Assembly (NCBI RefSeq): GCF_034927525.1
Contig: NZ_JAYFPU010000206.1
Span: 1 to 54,387, forward strand
Reading direction: 5' to 3'
Source of the DNA: Christensenella sp.
Lineage (GTDB): Bacteria > Bacillota > Clostridia > Christensenellales > Christensenellaceae
Length of the DNA stretch: 54,387 bases
The translations under genes were made by a program, and so were the position numbers. Under the pieces are notes generated by a model, which was given only the letters and a program-made list of their open reading frames with translations, was not told the DNA's origin and made no database searches. This document shows, piece after piece, positions 28,473 to 38,532 of this stretch. The first letter of the stretch is position 1. Every line of letters begins with the position of its first letter.

Positions 28473-29234
28473 TCATTCTCCTGAAAAATATTCTGTTTTC
28501 TTTTTACGATTAAAATCACCCATGCCTGTTTTTTGATCTTTGGTCAGAAACAACTGGGCAAAATACATGTTTTCCGTTATAAACTTTTTTTGTGTCATGG
28601 CTTTTTTTGCATTCCTGATGCCAAGCGGCGCATTTGCGCACAGCGTATGCGCCAGATTTGCCACCTCCTGCTCAAACACGTCTTTTTCAAAGCATGCGTT
28701 GATCAGTCCATATTGCAGCGCTTCGTGCGCGCTGATCATCTTGCCTGTAAAAATCATTTCCGCCGCGCGTCCACGACCGACCAGCTCCCTTAGGCGTACC
28801 GTACCGCCAAACCCCGGCATCACGCCCAGCGTCGTTTCCGGCAGCCCAAACGCCGCCGTATCGTATGCAAGGCGAATGTCGCATGCCAGAGCAATCTCCA
28901 TGCCGCCGCCAAGGGCATAGCCGTTTACCGCCGCGACCACAGGCTGTTCCAACTGCTCGAGCATGCGGAACGTTTCGCACCCCAGCTGCGCAAACGCGTA
29001 CGCCTGTTCATACGTCATTTTTTCCATCGCGGCAATATCCGCTCCTGCCGCAAACGCCCTGCCTTCCTCGCTTCCCGTAACGATCACGCACCGCACTTCC
29101 CGGTTGCCATTGAGTTTTTGACACGCTTCCTGCAGCTCAAAGAGCATCTGCTCGTTGAGTGCGTTTCGTTGCGCAGGGCGGTCGAGCACGATACGCGCAA
29201 CATTTTCTTCGATTTCGATCCGAATGGTTTCCAT
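28473..29234 (-). CDS. crt: Enoyl-CoA hydratase (crotonase)
   Basis: NALN, AFAAGADI, AVNGYALGGGMEIALACD, GLPE..LG..PGFGG. Confidence 0.9.
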   Translation of the reverse strand: METIRIEIEENVARIVLDRPAQRNALNEQMLFELQEACQKLNGNREVRCVIVTGSEEGRAFAAGADIAAMEKMTYEQAYAFAQLGCETFRMLEQLEQPVVAAVNGYALGGGMEIALACDIRLAYDTAAFGLPETTLGVMPGFGGTVRLRELVGRGRAAEMIFTGKMISAHEALQYGLINACFEKDVFEQEVANLAHTLCANAPLGIRNAKKAMTQKKFITENMYFAQLFLTKDQKTGMGDFNRKKKTEYFSGE

Positions 29235-29239
29235 GCCGC

Positions 29240-30427
29240 TCACCTGCACAGGGCGTCCCGCTCAAAGATTGCGGCTTCGCCCATCCCGCCGCCGATGCAC
29301 AACGTTGCGAGCCCATATTTTGCTTCTCGTTTTGCGAGCTCATGCAGCAGCGTCACCGCAATACGCGCGCCCGACGCGCCGATCGGGTGTCCGAGGGCGA
29401 TCGCACCGCCGTTGACATTTGTTTTTTCTTCGTCCGCACCAATTCCCCGCATCACCGCGATAGCCTGAGACGCAAACGCCTCGTTTGCCTCGATCAAATC
29501 CATATCGCCGATCACAAGTCCTGTATTTTGCAGCGCTTGCTTGACCGTCGGGATCGGCCCTGTGCCCATGACCTGCGGGTCTACCCCGCACGACGCGCAC
29601 CCGAGCCACTTCGCCTGCGGCATCAGGTTGTGTTTTTTCACAAAATCTCCGGACGCGACCACCATCGCCGCCGCACCGTCGTTGATGCCCGAAGCGTTGC
29701 CCGCGGTGACTGTTCCATCCTTCTCAAAGGCCGGACGTAATTTTGCCAGTGCCTCTGCCGAAGTATCCCGTACATATTCGTCCTGCGCAAACAATACTGC
29801 CTCTCCTTTTTTTTGCAGGACAGGAATGGGCACGATCTCATCCCTGAACCGTCCTGTCTGTATCGCGCGCAGCGCTTTTTGCTGCGATTGCAGGGCAAAT
29901 GTATCCTGCATTTCACGCGTGACGCCGTATTGCTTCGCTACATTTTCCGCTGTGACGCCCATATGATAATCATAGAACGCATCCCACAGACCTTCATGGA
30001 TCAACGAATCCGTCGCCTGTACGCTGCCCATCTTCTGTCCCCGGCGAAGGCTCATCGTATGCGGCGCGCGCGACATATTTTCCATGCCTCCCGCGACGAC
30101 GCATTCCGCCATGCCTGCACGTATCAAGGCCGCCGCAAGATTCACAGCATTGAGCCCTGACCCGCATACCTTGTTGATCGTCATGGCCGGTATCTCCTGC
30201 GGGATGCCCGCACGCATTGCCGCCTGTCGTGCCGGATTTTGTCCCAGTCCGGCCTGTAGTACGTTGCCCATCAGAACCTGACTTACCTGCTCCATACCTA
30301 CGCCCGCACGTTCGCACGTATTTTTGATGACAGCCGTTCCCAGCTCTACTGCCTCTACGTCCTGTAATGAACCGCCAAACGCTCCGATCGCCGTCCTTAC
30401 GCTGCCTAAAATATAAATGTCCTGCAT
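29240..30427 (-). CDS. thl: Acetyl-CoA C-acetyltransferase (thiolase)
   Basis: NKVCGSG, NEAFA, NGGAIALGHPIGASG, LCIGGGMG. Start at ATG 30427. Confidence 0.94.
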   Translation of the reverse strand: MQDIYILGSVRTAIGAFGGSLQDVEAVELGTAVIKNTCERAGVGMEQVSQVLMGNVLQAGLGQNPARQAAMRAGIPQEIPAMTINKVCGSGLNAVNLAAALIRAGMAECVVAGGMENMSRAPHTMSLRRGQKMGSVQATDSLIHEGLWDAFYDYHMGVTAENVAKQYGVTREMQDTFALQSQQKALRAIQTGRFRDEIVPIPVLQKKGEAVLFAQDEYVRDTSAEALAKLRPAFEKDGTVTAGNASGINDGAAAMVVASGDFVKKHNLMPQAKWLGCASCGVDPQVMGTGPIPTVKQALQNTGLVIGDMDLIEANEAFASQAIAVMRGIGADEEKTNVNGGAIALGHPIGASGARIAVTLLHELAKREAKYGLATLCIGGGMGEAAIFERDALCR

Positions 30428-30577
30428 TCTTTTGTATTCCTTTCTTCGCCGGATAAACAAAACCCGCTCATCAATATGTGGTAAGCGGGTTCTTTATGGG
30501 TACCTTGTGTGGTCTGCTCCCCATTCAGACAAACACGCTGACACCACTGGAGGGCTGTTTTTGGTTGGTATTGCCTG

Positions 30578-31588
30578 TCATTCCGGCATATTGGCAATAT
30601 TTTCTTTGTTGTTTTTTTCTTTTATTTTGCTGATCAATTTCTTAAAGCCGTCTACGATCGGTTTTACCATTCCCTTGGGCAGCAGATATACCATAACAAT
30701 GATCAAAACACCAAATGCCAGCTGCCTGTAAAGCTCTGCCGCGCGCAGCAGCTCCGGCAGGAAGGTCACGACCACCGAACCGACGATCGGCCCGATCACC
30801 GTACCGCATCCGCCGATCATAACCGCGAGGATCGCATTCATGCCGATGCCTGCCGCAAACGTTGTCGGATTGACAAAATTCATGTAGTGCGCGTAAAGCA
30901 CGCCGCCAACACATCCGAGAACCGCGCTTAGGTTAAAGGCGAGAAGCTTTGTTCCCGTTGCATTGATGCCCACTGCCTTTGCCAGGTTCTCATTCTCGCG
31001 CATCGTGACGATCGCCCTGCCCGTCCTTGATTTAAACAGCCGATAGACAAACAGCAGCGTCAGCACCGCGGCAATGAGCACAATATAGAAGTACCCTTCC
31101 CTTGACGAAAGCGGAAGCCCAAAGAAATCTCCTTTGAGCGGCGGGATCGAAAATCCCTGAATGCCGCCTGTCACATCCTGCCAGCCCTTCATGATCGTAA
31201 ATAACAGCATGGCGAACGCCAGCGTAACGATCGAGAAGTAATGCCCTTTGGTGCGCAGGGACGGAAGGCCGATGATCGTACCGACCACAAGGCCGATCCC
31301 TACCGCCATCAAAAGGCCTACCGGCATGGAAAGCCCCAGCTTGCTCATCATCAGCCCGGATACGTATGCGCCTATCCCGTAAAAGGCGACCTGACACATG
31401 GATACATATCCAGCATATCCCTGAATAATGTTGAGCCCGGACGTCAGGACGATCCAGATCAGCGTAACGATGATCAGGTGCAGATAGTACGAGGTCGTTA
31501 CGATCTGCGGGATAAAGAGCATGATCACAAGCGCCGCTATGGCGACCAGTGCGATCGTCAATTGCCTCTTTTTCGATTTTTTCAACAT
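30578..31588 (-). CDS. Branched-chain amino acid-type ABC permease (LivM-like)
   Basis: GLNIIQGYAG, LRTKGHYFSIVTLAF, SRTGRA...RENE..A..VGIN. Start at ATG 31588 after GGAGG. Confidence 0.9.
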   Translation of the reverse strand: MLKKSKKRQLTIALVAIAALVIMLFIPQIVTTSYYLHLIIVTLIWIVLTSGLNIIQGYAGYVSMCQVAFYGIGAYVSGLMMSKLGLSMPVGLLMAVGIGLVVGTIIGLPSLRTKGHYFSIVTLAFAMLLFTIMKGWQDVTGGIQGFSIPPLKGDFFGLPLSSREGYFYIVLIAAVLTLLFVYRLFKSRTGRAIVTMRENENLAKAVGINATGTKLLAFNLSAVLGCVGGVLYAHYMNFVNPTTFAAGIGMNAILAVMIGGCGTVIGPIVGSVVVTFLPELLRAAELYRQLAFGVLIIVMVYLLPKGMVKPIVDGFKKLISKIKEKNNKENIANMPE

Positions 31589-31625
31589 AGAATTTATTCC
31601 TCCATATGATGTATTGAAGTCCCGG

Positions 31626-33074
31626 TCATTCGCTGATCTTAAAACCATCGCCCCATTCTTCGGCACGCCGCGCGTATTCCGCCACCACTTCCGGCGATAC
31701 CTGTTTGTTCGTTGTCAGCATCCCCTGCCTGTTGAGCTGTTCCTGTACCTTTTTAACATCCACGTTCTTCGGCGCAACGCCATCTTTCACTGCAATCGCC
31801 GCAGCTGCGCCCGCCGCCTGTCCTGTCGTCAGGCTGGGTGTGCAATAGCGGATCGCGCCCCACGTGATGAAGTCGAGCGAGGACGTGCCTCCGGCTGCCA
31901 AGAGGTTGTCATAATCTTTAGAAAGCAGGCAGCGGTACGGGATGTCGTACGGTGTTACATTGAACTTAAAATGATGCGATCCGTCCGGGAAGAAAAGATC
32001 AGGCGGCATATTGCAGATAGATATAGAATCTTCAAACGTCCTTGCGCCGTACATATCTTCTTCCTTTAACGTGTATTCGCCGACGATGCGGTGCCCGTCC
32101 CGAAGCAGCGCGCACGACGGCGTCTGCTCTATGCGGGACTTTTCAAAGCCCGGCACATTTTCCTTCAGCAGCTCCCAGCACGACCACGCCTGCTTGCGCA
32201 TGTCTTTTTCCGCATATGATACAACCTCTACCTGCCACGGATGCTGCCCTTTTTCCAGCTTATAATAAGGATTGATGATCCATGCCCTTCCGTCCTCATA
32301 TTCTGTCATCAGGCAGGAATTACGCGGGGAATACAGCTTTCCCTCGGCGCGCGCCTTTGGGAAAAGCTCGCGGCCCTTGACCCAATGATCCCACTGTTCC
32401 GGGTTTGCCTGCGCAAACTCACGGAACTTGTGATAATCGATATTGCGGACAAAAAATCCGTATCCGAGACCCATATGCAGCCCTTCAAACGGACCGAACC
32501 TGTCGTCCGGATATCCGTTTTCTCCTGTTACGCTGGCGCCTGATTTCCACGCGATATGCGCGATGCCCGTGCAATCGATAATCGTTTTGCCAAGAACCGC
32601 CTGCCGGCCCTCAAGGCTCTCAATGATCACGCCCCGCAGGGAATCGCCCTCTACGATCGCGTCTACTGCAAGCGCGTGAAAGACGACCTTTACGCCTGCC
32701 TTTTCCATCAGGTTGTCTACCAGATATTTATAATATTCTCCGTCAAAGAAGATGCTTCCGAATTCATTTGCCCAGTGGTCGCGCACCTGACCCGGGCTGT
32801 TTTTGTGATCCATACCGGCGGCGATGATATCATCCATGATCTCTTGCACAATACCACCCTGCACCCGGTCGTCTACCCATGCAAAGGAATCATCAAAGGC
32901 TGCTGTCTGGCTTCCGCCAAAAAAACCAAAGCGTTCAATAATGATTGTTTTTGCACCGTTTCGTGCTGCCGAGATGGCCGCGCCAATGCCTGCCGCGCCG
33001 CCTCCGATAACAATGACGTCCATTTCCTCACAAAGCAGCGGTACTTCTCGTGCGCTTTCCTGAATCGTTTTCAT
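31626..33074 (-). CDS. FAD-dependent oxidoreductase, IbeA-like (paralogue 3)
   Basis: VIVIGGGAAG Rossmann motif, ERFG..GG, IDCTG, YDIPYR, TGQAAG. Confidence 0.88.
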   Translation of the reverse strand: MKTIQESAREVPLLCEEMDVIVIGGGAAGIGAAISAARNGAKTIIIERFGFFGGSQTAAFDDSFAWVDDRVQGGIVQEIMDDIIAAGMDHKNSPGQVRDHWANEFGSIFFDGEYYKYLVDNLMEKAGVKVVFHALAVDAIVEGDSLRGVIIESLEGRQAVLGKTIIDCTGIAHIAWKSGASVTGENGYPDDRFGPFEGLHMGLGYGFFVRNIDYHKFREFAQANPEQWDHWVKGRELFPKARAEGKLYSPRNSCLMTEYEDGRAWIINPYYKLEKGQHPWQVEVVSYAEKDMRKQAWSCWELLKENVPGFEKSRIEQTPSCALLRDGHRIVGEYTLKEEDMYGARTFEDSISICNMPPDLFFPDGSHHFKFNVTPYDIPYRCLLSKDYDNLLAAGGTSSLDFITWGAIRYCTPSLTTGQAAGAAAAIAVKDGVAPKNVDVKKVQEQLNRQGMLTTNKQVSPEVVAEYARRAEEWGDGFKISE

Positions 33075-33104
33075 TGTTTGGTTTCTCCTTCATGGTTTTG
33101 CTCC

Positions 33105-33132
33105 GGAGAGACCCCGCCGTGCGGGGCCTTCC
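33105..33132 (-). terminator. Stem-loop after the substrate-binding protein gene
   Basis: CCCCGC-CGT-GCGGGG core, extendable by GGA/TCC; no long T run, so more likely an mRNA stabiliser. Confidence 0.4.
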
Positions 33133-33165
33133 GAAACAGGTCTATCGTATGGTGCCAATGTGGGT

Positions 33166-34536
33166 TTATTTCGTGCCGGGATATTCGATCCCCTGTTCTT
33201 CACAATATGCCTTTAAGAAATTGTGCAGGAAGTCCGGCCCCAGTTCCTTACCGATCGTGCTTTCATACGCCCAGTTCTCGTCTTCCATGCTCCATTTTGC
33301 AACGGTGTAGGGATGATAGGCCTGGCCGAGGTCGTCAAACAGCAGTCCGCCTTCAAGGGGCGTATATTCTATCAGGACTCTCGGGTCGAGGTCTTCTACC
33401 TTGACTTCCTTCAGCGCGTCGTTGACAGCCTGCCAGTCTGTTGTGCCTGCGTTCTGCATCGCCGCCATCAAAATCCAGAAGTTGTCATAACCGTTTGTCG
33501 CTGTCTGGCTCGGGTTTTCCCCAAACATCGCTTCGTATTTCGCTACGAATTCGTCGGACTGTTTGCCGTTTTCGCCGCCTTCTTCAGCAACCTGCGGGCG
33601 AATGGTGTAGCTGCCTTCCATCTGGTCGTTCGTGCATGTTTCCAGCCACTGCGGGCCTGTGCCGCTCGAGAATGTGATCATCGGGATATCCGAGCCGAGC
33701 TCACGCAGTTGGCGGAGCGCCATAGCGGATTCTTCGATATTACCTGCCATGTACACCGCTTCCGCACCAGAGTTGGCGATATTCGTCATCTGGCTCAAAA
33801 GATCAAGATCCCCTGCGTTCATCGTTTCTTTTGCGACCACTTCCACGCCGACCTTGCCAAACGTATCGACTACGTTGTTTGCGTGTACGCTGTACCCTGT
33901 GTCATTGAAAAACGCGAGTACCGCAACCTTATTGATGCCCAAGCTTTTGATGTATTCGCAGTCCGCAACCGGATCGTAGCAGTTTGCCGTAGCACTGCGG
34001 AACAGGTTACCGGGCGAGAGCAATGCGATCTGCGGCGAACGCGCGTTGCCGACCAACATCGTTACTTCCTTACCCGGGATCTGCTGTGCGGCAGACGAGG
34101 TGGAGGTAGAAGAGCTCCAGCCCAGTACATAATGCACCTGGTCAATGTCCATCAGTTTCTGGATGGTGGACACGCCTTCCGTCGCGTCGCTCTTGTTGTC
34201 GTATACGACAACTTCGATATTATATGTCTTGTCGCCGATCTTGATGCCACCTGCTTCGTTTACTTCCGAAGCAGCGAGCTTGACCGCGTTAGAGGCCGGC
34301 AGACCGTAAGGAGCACCCGTTCCTGTCAGCGAATCGTCTACACCGATTTTCAGTGTTTCATTGGAACTGTTCGCCGCAGAGCCACCATCAGCTGATGCTA
34401 CTCCGCCGGAAGGTTCGCCCGCTCCGGTCTGCGTGCCGCTTTCTTGTGCCGCCGGCGCGCCGCATCCACCAACCAGTGCGACGACCATCAGCACAGCTAC
34501 AAGTATAGCCAGTACTTTAAAGTTTCCTTTTTTCAT
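33166..34536 (-). CDS. LIV-type ABC substrate-binding lipoprotein
   Basis: Lipobox LVGGC; KIGV..SLTG..A.YG, LAASEVNEAGG, YDNKSD. Start at ATG 34536. Confidence 0.9.
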   Translation of the reverse strand: MKKGNFKVLAILVAVLMVVALVGGCGAPAAQESGTQTGAGEPSGGVASADGGSAANSSNETLKIGVDDSLTGTGAPYGLPASNAVKLAASEVNEAGGIKIGDKTYNIEVVVYDNKSDATEGVSTIQKLMDIDQVHYVLGWSSSTSTSSAAQQIPGKEVTMLVGNARSPQIALLSPGNLFRSATANCYDPVADCEYIKSLGINKVAVLAFFNDTGYSVHANNVVDTFGKVGVEVVAKETMNAGDLDLLSQMTNIANSGAEAVYMAGNIEESAMALRQLRELGSDIPMITFSSGTGPQWLETCTNDQMEGSYTIRPQVAEEGGENGKQSDEFVAKYEAMFGENPSQTATNGYDNFWILMAAMQNAGTTDWQAVNDALKEVKVEDLDPRVLIEYTPLEGGLLFDDLGQAYHPYTVAKWSMEDENWAYESTIGKELGPDFLHNFLKAYCEEQGIEYPGTK

Positions 34537-34596
34537 TCCTTTCAATCCTCCTGTATTTTGATTTACTCTTTTCCTTTCAGAAAACCCTTATATTCA

Positions 34597-35475
34597 TTAT
34601 TTTGTTGCAGCGCTTGATTTACCGAACAATCCATTCGGCTTGAATATCAGCACCAGGATGATAATGATAAATCCAAACGCGTCCTTATAGGCTGCTGAAA
34701 TAAATCCTGCGCCAAGGCTTTCGACGATACCCATGATGAGGCCGCCGACAATAACACCGGGGATGCTTCCGAGGCCGCCCAAGATCATGACCGCAAAGCC
34801 CTTGAGTACGATGTCGCCGCCATAGGACGGAAACATTTGCAACAGGCTGGTTACAAAGATACCGCACAAGCCCGCGAGCGCGCTGCCGATCGCAAAGACC
34901 GAGCTGCTCGTCTTGTTGACGTTTACGCCGACCATTGTCGCCGCTTCTCTGTTTTGCGACATAGCGCGGATCGAGCGTCCTAGTTTGGTCTTTTTCATCA
35001 TAAAGGCCAGAAGCGCCATGATCACCAGATTGATGATGATCACGTACAGACGGAACGTCGTGATCGTGACTGGCCCAAGCTTTAGCGTCGTATTGCCCAC
35101 AGCCTGGATCGAAACCGGATCAGCCCCCCAGATCATCTGGCAGACGTTCTCAAAGATAAAGAGCAGTCCCAAAGCCATGATAAAGATATTGATAGGCGGC
35201 CCTTTGATGATTACGCGGTAACAGTATCGTTCTAAAAACATACCCAACAGCGCGCATCCAAGGATCGCGATGACCGCTGCCAGTATCCACGGTACGCCGA
35301 GCAGCCGTGCAAAGGTATACCCGATGTAGCCGCCGACCATCACAACAGAACCATGTGCAAAATGCGAGATGCCGAGAACGCCGTAGATCTGCGATAACCC
35401 TATGCCGAGCAGGGTATAAATACTTCCTGTAACAACGCCGTTTACCAATTGCTGAAGAAGTATAGCGTTTTCCAT
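34597..35475 (-). CDS. LIV-type ABC permease (LivH-like)
   Basis: QQLVNG...GSIY.L, HFAHG, GRSIRA.SQN..AA..VGVN, LGGLGS, KPNGLFG. Confidence 0.92.
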   Translation of the reverse strand: MENAILLQQLVNGVVTGSIYTLLGIGLSQIYGVLGISHFAHGSVVMVGGYIGYTFARLLGVPWILAAVIAILGCALLGMFLERYCYRVIIKGPPINIFIMALGLLFIFENVCQMIWGADPVSIQAVGNTTLKLGPVTITTFRLYVIIINLVIMALLAFMMKKTKLGRSIRAMSQNREAATMVGVNVNKTSSSVFAIGSALAGLCGIFVTSLLQMFPSYGGDIVLKGFAVMILGGLGSIPGVIVGGLIMGIVESLGAGFISAAYKDAFGFIIIILVLIFKPNGLFGKSSAATK

Positions 35476-35539
35476 AATTTTCCTCCTTTAAAGCGGTTTT
35501 TGAATTGCAATCATACTATGTGTTACGCTCTGTACATCC

Positions 35540-36244
35540 TTAGATGCCGAGATAGGTCTCATGGATCGTTTTGTCCTTTGAAAGTTCTTCCGCGGTGCCC
35601 TCGATCACGATGTTACCCGTCTCGAGAACGTACACATAATCGGCAAGGTCAAATGCCATCTGCGTGTTTTGTTCCACAAGCAATACGGTCGTTCCGCGTT
35701 TATTGATATCTCTTACGATGTTGCCTACTTCCTCGACCAATATCGGCGCCAGTCCCCAGGAGGGTTCGTCCAGCATCAAAAGCTGCGGCTTTGCCATCAG
35801 CGCCCGCGCGATCGCAAGCATTTCCTGCTCGCCGCCCGAAAGCGTGCCCGCGAGCTGGCTCGTCCTGTCCTTTAGACGCGGGAACCATCCAAATACTTCC
35901 TCCACCGAATTTTCGATCTCTTTTTTATCTGTGCGCGTATACGCGCCCATGATCAGGTTTTCATACACCGTCATATCCGGAAAAAGCTGTCTGCCTTCCG
36001 GGCACAGCGATACGCCGCTTTGCGTGACCGCATGGGATTTCATTTTGTTGAGAGCCGTTCCATCCCATTCGATGCTGCCGCTTTTGATGGGCATCATACC
36101 CATGATCGCTTTCATGGTCGTCGTCTTTCCTGCGCCGTTGGTCCCAATCAAAACCGTTATCTTTCCCTTTTCCGCCTTGAAGGATAATCCATGCAGGATT
36201 TCTACGTTGCCGTAGTTGAATATCAGATTTTCTACCTTAAGCAT
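35540..36244 (-). CDS. LIV-type ABC ATP-binding protein (LivF-like)
   Basis: GTNGAGKTT, PEGRQLF, LSGGEQEMLAIARAL, LDEPSWGLAP. Confidence 0.93.
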   Translation of the reverse strand: MLKVENLIFNYGNVEILHGLSFKAEKGKITVLIGTNGAGKTTTMKAIMGMMPIKSGSIEWDGTALNKMKSHAVTQSGVSLCPEGRQLFPDMTVYENLIMGAYTRTDKKEIENSVEEVFGWFPRLKDRTSQLAGTLSGGEQEMLAIARALMAKPQLLMLDEPSWGLAPILVEEVGNIVRDINKRGTTVLLVEQNTQMAFDLADYVYVLETGNIVIEGTAEELSKDKTIHETYLGI

Positions 36245-37004
36245 GATTTCCGCTCCTTCCCAGATATGCCTCGATCACGGCTTCGTTTTTCTGGATGTCT
36301 TCCGGTTTTCCCTCGGCAATCTTCTGCCCCATGTTCATGACCACAACATGGTGGCATACTTCCATGATCATTTTCATGTGGTGTTCGACAAGCAGGATCG
36401 GTATGCCGTCTTTGCACACTGAACGCATCAAAGCGATCAGCTCCGCACGTTCGTCCTCGATCATGCCTGCGCACGGTTCATCGAGCATCAAAAGCTTGGG
36501 GCTTGTGGCAAGCGCGATCGCGATCATCAGCCTTCTCTGGTCTGCACTCGTCAGCGAGTCTGCCTGGGTCTGCATTTTTTCTTTGAGCCCCACGAATTCC
36601 AGCAGCTCCTCGCTGTGCTCCAGCACACGTTTTTCTTCCTTGATCGTCCCGCATATGCCGAAAAGCCCTGTGACAAAATTAGATCTTGTCTTGTTGTAAT
36701 GAGCGGTGACCACATTTTCCACCGCGCTCAACGTTGGAAAAACGCTGCTGATCTGGAACGTACGCGCGATGCCCATTCGTGCGATCTTATGGGACGGCGT
36801 ACCGCTTATTTCCTTGTCCTCGAATAAAATGTTGCCGCTCGTTGGCTTATGTACGCCTGTGATCAGATTAAAGCAGGTCGTCTTGCCCGATCCGTTTGGC
36901 CCGATGAGTCCCAATATCTGGTTTTCCCCTACGGTAAAGGACACATCCTTTACCGCAGCCAGACCACCAAAGTATTTTGTTACATTCTCAAAACGGAGAA
37001 TCAT
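36237..37004 (-). CDS. LIV-type ABC ATP-binding protein (LivG-like)
   Basis: [37 protein letters not shown]. Confidence 0.93.
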   Translation of the reverse strand: MILRFENVTKYFGGLAAVKDVSFTVGENQILGLIGPNGSGKTTCFNLITGVHKPTSGNILFEDKEISGTPSHKIARMGIARTFQISSVFPTLSAVENVVTAHYNKTRSNFVTGLFGICGTIKEEKRVLEHSEELLEFVGLKEKMQTQADSLTSADQRRLMIAIALATSPKLLMLDEPCAGMIEDERAELIALMRSVCKDGIPILLVEHHMKMIMEVCHHVVVMNMGQKIAEGKPEDIQKNEAVIEAYLGRSGNHA

Positions 37005-37074
37005 TTATACATTCCTCCAAATCTCTTAGTCTTGCGGGCAGCAGATTTGTTGTAGCCGGATCCTTCAGCCTGCA

Positions 37075-38514
37075 TCAAAGCTTAAGTCCCCTATTCCATG
37101 TCTTTGTCCGCCATTTATATTCCTCTATCACCTCAGGCGACAGTTGTTTGTTCGTTGTGACCATTCCCTGCTCGTGCAACGTGTCCTGCACCAGCTTCAC
37201 ATCGATTTCTTTGGGCGTCACGCCTTGTTTTGCCGCCAGCGCCGCCGCCGTCCCGGCTGCCTGTCCTGTACAGATGCTCGGCGTGCAATACCGCAGCGCC
37301 GCCCACGTCACAAGATCCATAGAGGCAGAGCCGCCCGCAGCGAGCAAGTTGTCAAAGTCTTTGGAAAGCATCGTGCGGTACGGAATATCGTACGGCGTTA
37401 CATTATAGATGAACTGATGGCTTGCGTTGGGGAAGAACGGATCCTGCGGCATATTGCAGCACGCGATGGAGTCGTCAAACGACTGCGCGTTCTTCATATC
37501 GTCGTCCGTGATCGTATATTCGCCCACGATCCTGTGTCCGTCGCGCAGCAGCAGCCTGATGGGCGTCTGCTCGATCTTTGCGTTCTCAAAACCTGGAACA
37601 TTTTTCTTGAATGTTTCCAGAATCGACCACGCCTGCTTGCGCTGATCGACCTCCGCGTCGCTCAAATCCTTTCCCATCCAAGGATGGCTGCCTTTTTCGA
37701 TGGGCTTATACGCGCCGATAAACCAGCAGCGTCCGTTCGCATATTCGATCATCAGCGTGCTGTTGCGCGGCGTATACAGCCTGCCCGCTTCTTTTTCCTG
37801 TACAAACAGCTTTTTGCCCTTGATCCAATAATCCCATTCTTCTTCGTTTTGCTCTGCAAATTCACGGAATTTTTTATAGTCTATGCCACACATCCAAAAA
37901 CCGTAGCCAAATCCCATGTGCATACCCTTAAACGGACCGAAGCGGTCGTCCGGATAGCCTTCTTCTCCTGTTACGCTTGCGCCCGCCTGCCATGCAATGT
38001 GCGCAAGACCTGTGCAGTCGATGACAGATTTTGCGAGGATCGCCTGCCGGCCTTCATGCGTCTCTACGATGATCCCCTTAAGCATATTGCCATCCGCAAT
38101 GCCTGTCGCTGCAGATGCATGGTACAGCAGGGTCACGCCCGCTTCTTCCATCATTTCTTCTACCAGAAGCTTGTAATATTCCTCGTCAAAATAGATGCAG
38201 CCCGTTCCGGGACTCCAGTTGTCGCGCAGGCACCCCACGCTTGGGTTGAACGTTTCGCCCGCCTTTTTCAGGCGTTCGATGATTTCAGCAACAATGCCGC
38301 CCTGCACGCGGTCGTCCACAAAAGTATAGTTATCGTTGTGTGTCAGCGTCTGGTTTCCGCCCAGGCAACCGTATTTTTCGACCAACACGGTTTTCGCGCC
38401 GTTGCGCGCCGCCGCGAGAGCAGCGCCGATGCCCGCCGGGCCGCCGCCGACCACAACCACGTCAACATCATATAAAACCGATACTTCCTTGGAGGTCTCC
38501 ATTATCGTTTTCAT
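37075..38514 (-). CDS. FAD-dependent oxidoreductase, IbeA-like (paralogue 2)
   Basis: VVVVGGGPAG, IDCTG, YDIPYR, TGQAAG; collinear with the other two paralogues. Confidence 0.88.
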   Translation of the reverse strand: MKTIMETSKEVSVLYDVDVVVVGGGPAGIGAALAAARNGAKTVLVEKYGCLGGNQTLTHNDNYTFVDDRVQGGIVAEIIERLKKAGETFNPSVGCLRDNWSPGTGCIYFDEEYYKLLVEEMMEEAGVTLLYHASAATGIADGNMLKGIIVETHEGRQAILAKSVIDCTGLAHIAWQAGASVTGEEGYPDDRFGPFKGMHMGFGYGFWMCGIDYKKFREFAEQNEEEWDYWIKGKKLFVQEKEAGRLYTPRNSTLMIEYANGRCWFIGAYKPIEKGSHPWMGKDLSDAEVDQRKQAWSILETFKKNVPGFENAKIEQTPIRLLLRDGHRIVGEYTITDDDMKNAQSFDDSIACCNMPQDPFFPNASHQFIYNVTPYDIPYRTMLSKDFDNLLAAGGSASMDLVTWAALRYCTPSICTGQAAGTAAALAAKQGVTPKEIDVKLVQDTLHEQGMVTTNKQLSPEVIEEYKWRTKTWNRGLKL

Positions 38515-38532
38515 TTTTATATTTTTCCTTTC

